Below are positions 63,976 to 64,000 of a DNA stretch of 64,000 nucleotides, in pieces. The stretch is from Heptranchias perlo. Taxonomy: Eukaryota. The notes beneath the pieces are model-generated. The model saw nothing but the letters and a program-made list of their open reading frames with translations, did not search any database and had not been told where the DNA came from. How positions within the stretch are numbered: position 1 is the first letter of the stretch; the number at the start of each line of letters is the position of its first letter. The stretch lies in contig NC_090338.1 of the NCBI RefSeq assembly GCF_035084215.1, forward strand, positions 8,866,001-8,930,000, given 5' to 3'. The translations under genes and the position numbers were made by a program.

Positions 63976-64000
63976 TTAAAATGTTTCTCAAAGGTGTGAT

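Overview
Vertebrate genomic DNA, most likely from a cartilaginous fish (inferred from DeuSINE/SacSINE1-like SINEs and shark-type CR1, L2 and Penelope repeats). The window covers part of a clustered protocadherin (cPcdh) variable-exon array. Five intact + strand variable exons of about 2.4-2.5 kb lie 9-12 kb apart. Each encodes a signal peptide, six cadherin repeats, a TM helix and a short cytoplasmic region, has a CSE (CGCT/CTCF-type) promoter, and ends in a phase-0 GA(G/A)|GTGAGT donor. A 5'-truncated, promoterless Pcdh pseudo-exon lies upstream. No constant exons are visible. The intergenic DNA is mostly decayed CR1, L2, another Jockey-group LINE, SINEs and Penelope-like element (PLE) remnants, plus a tRNA-Lys pseudogene. 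Highlights: (1) the exons look PCDHAC2-like yet all carry CSE promoters, with a second motif at an invariant 36-bp spacing; (2) exons 1-4 share a PLE-derived stem-loop just downstream of the donor, with apparent compensatory changes; (3) minimal hammerhead ribozyme motifs lie sense-strand in the introns; (4) the divergent fifth exon has non-canonical Ca2+-binding motifs. All family assignments come from by-eye motif recognition, not database searches.
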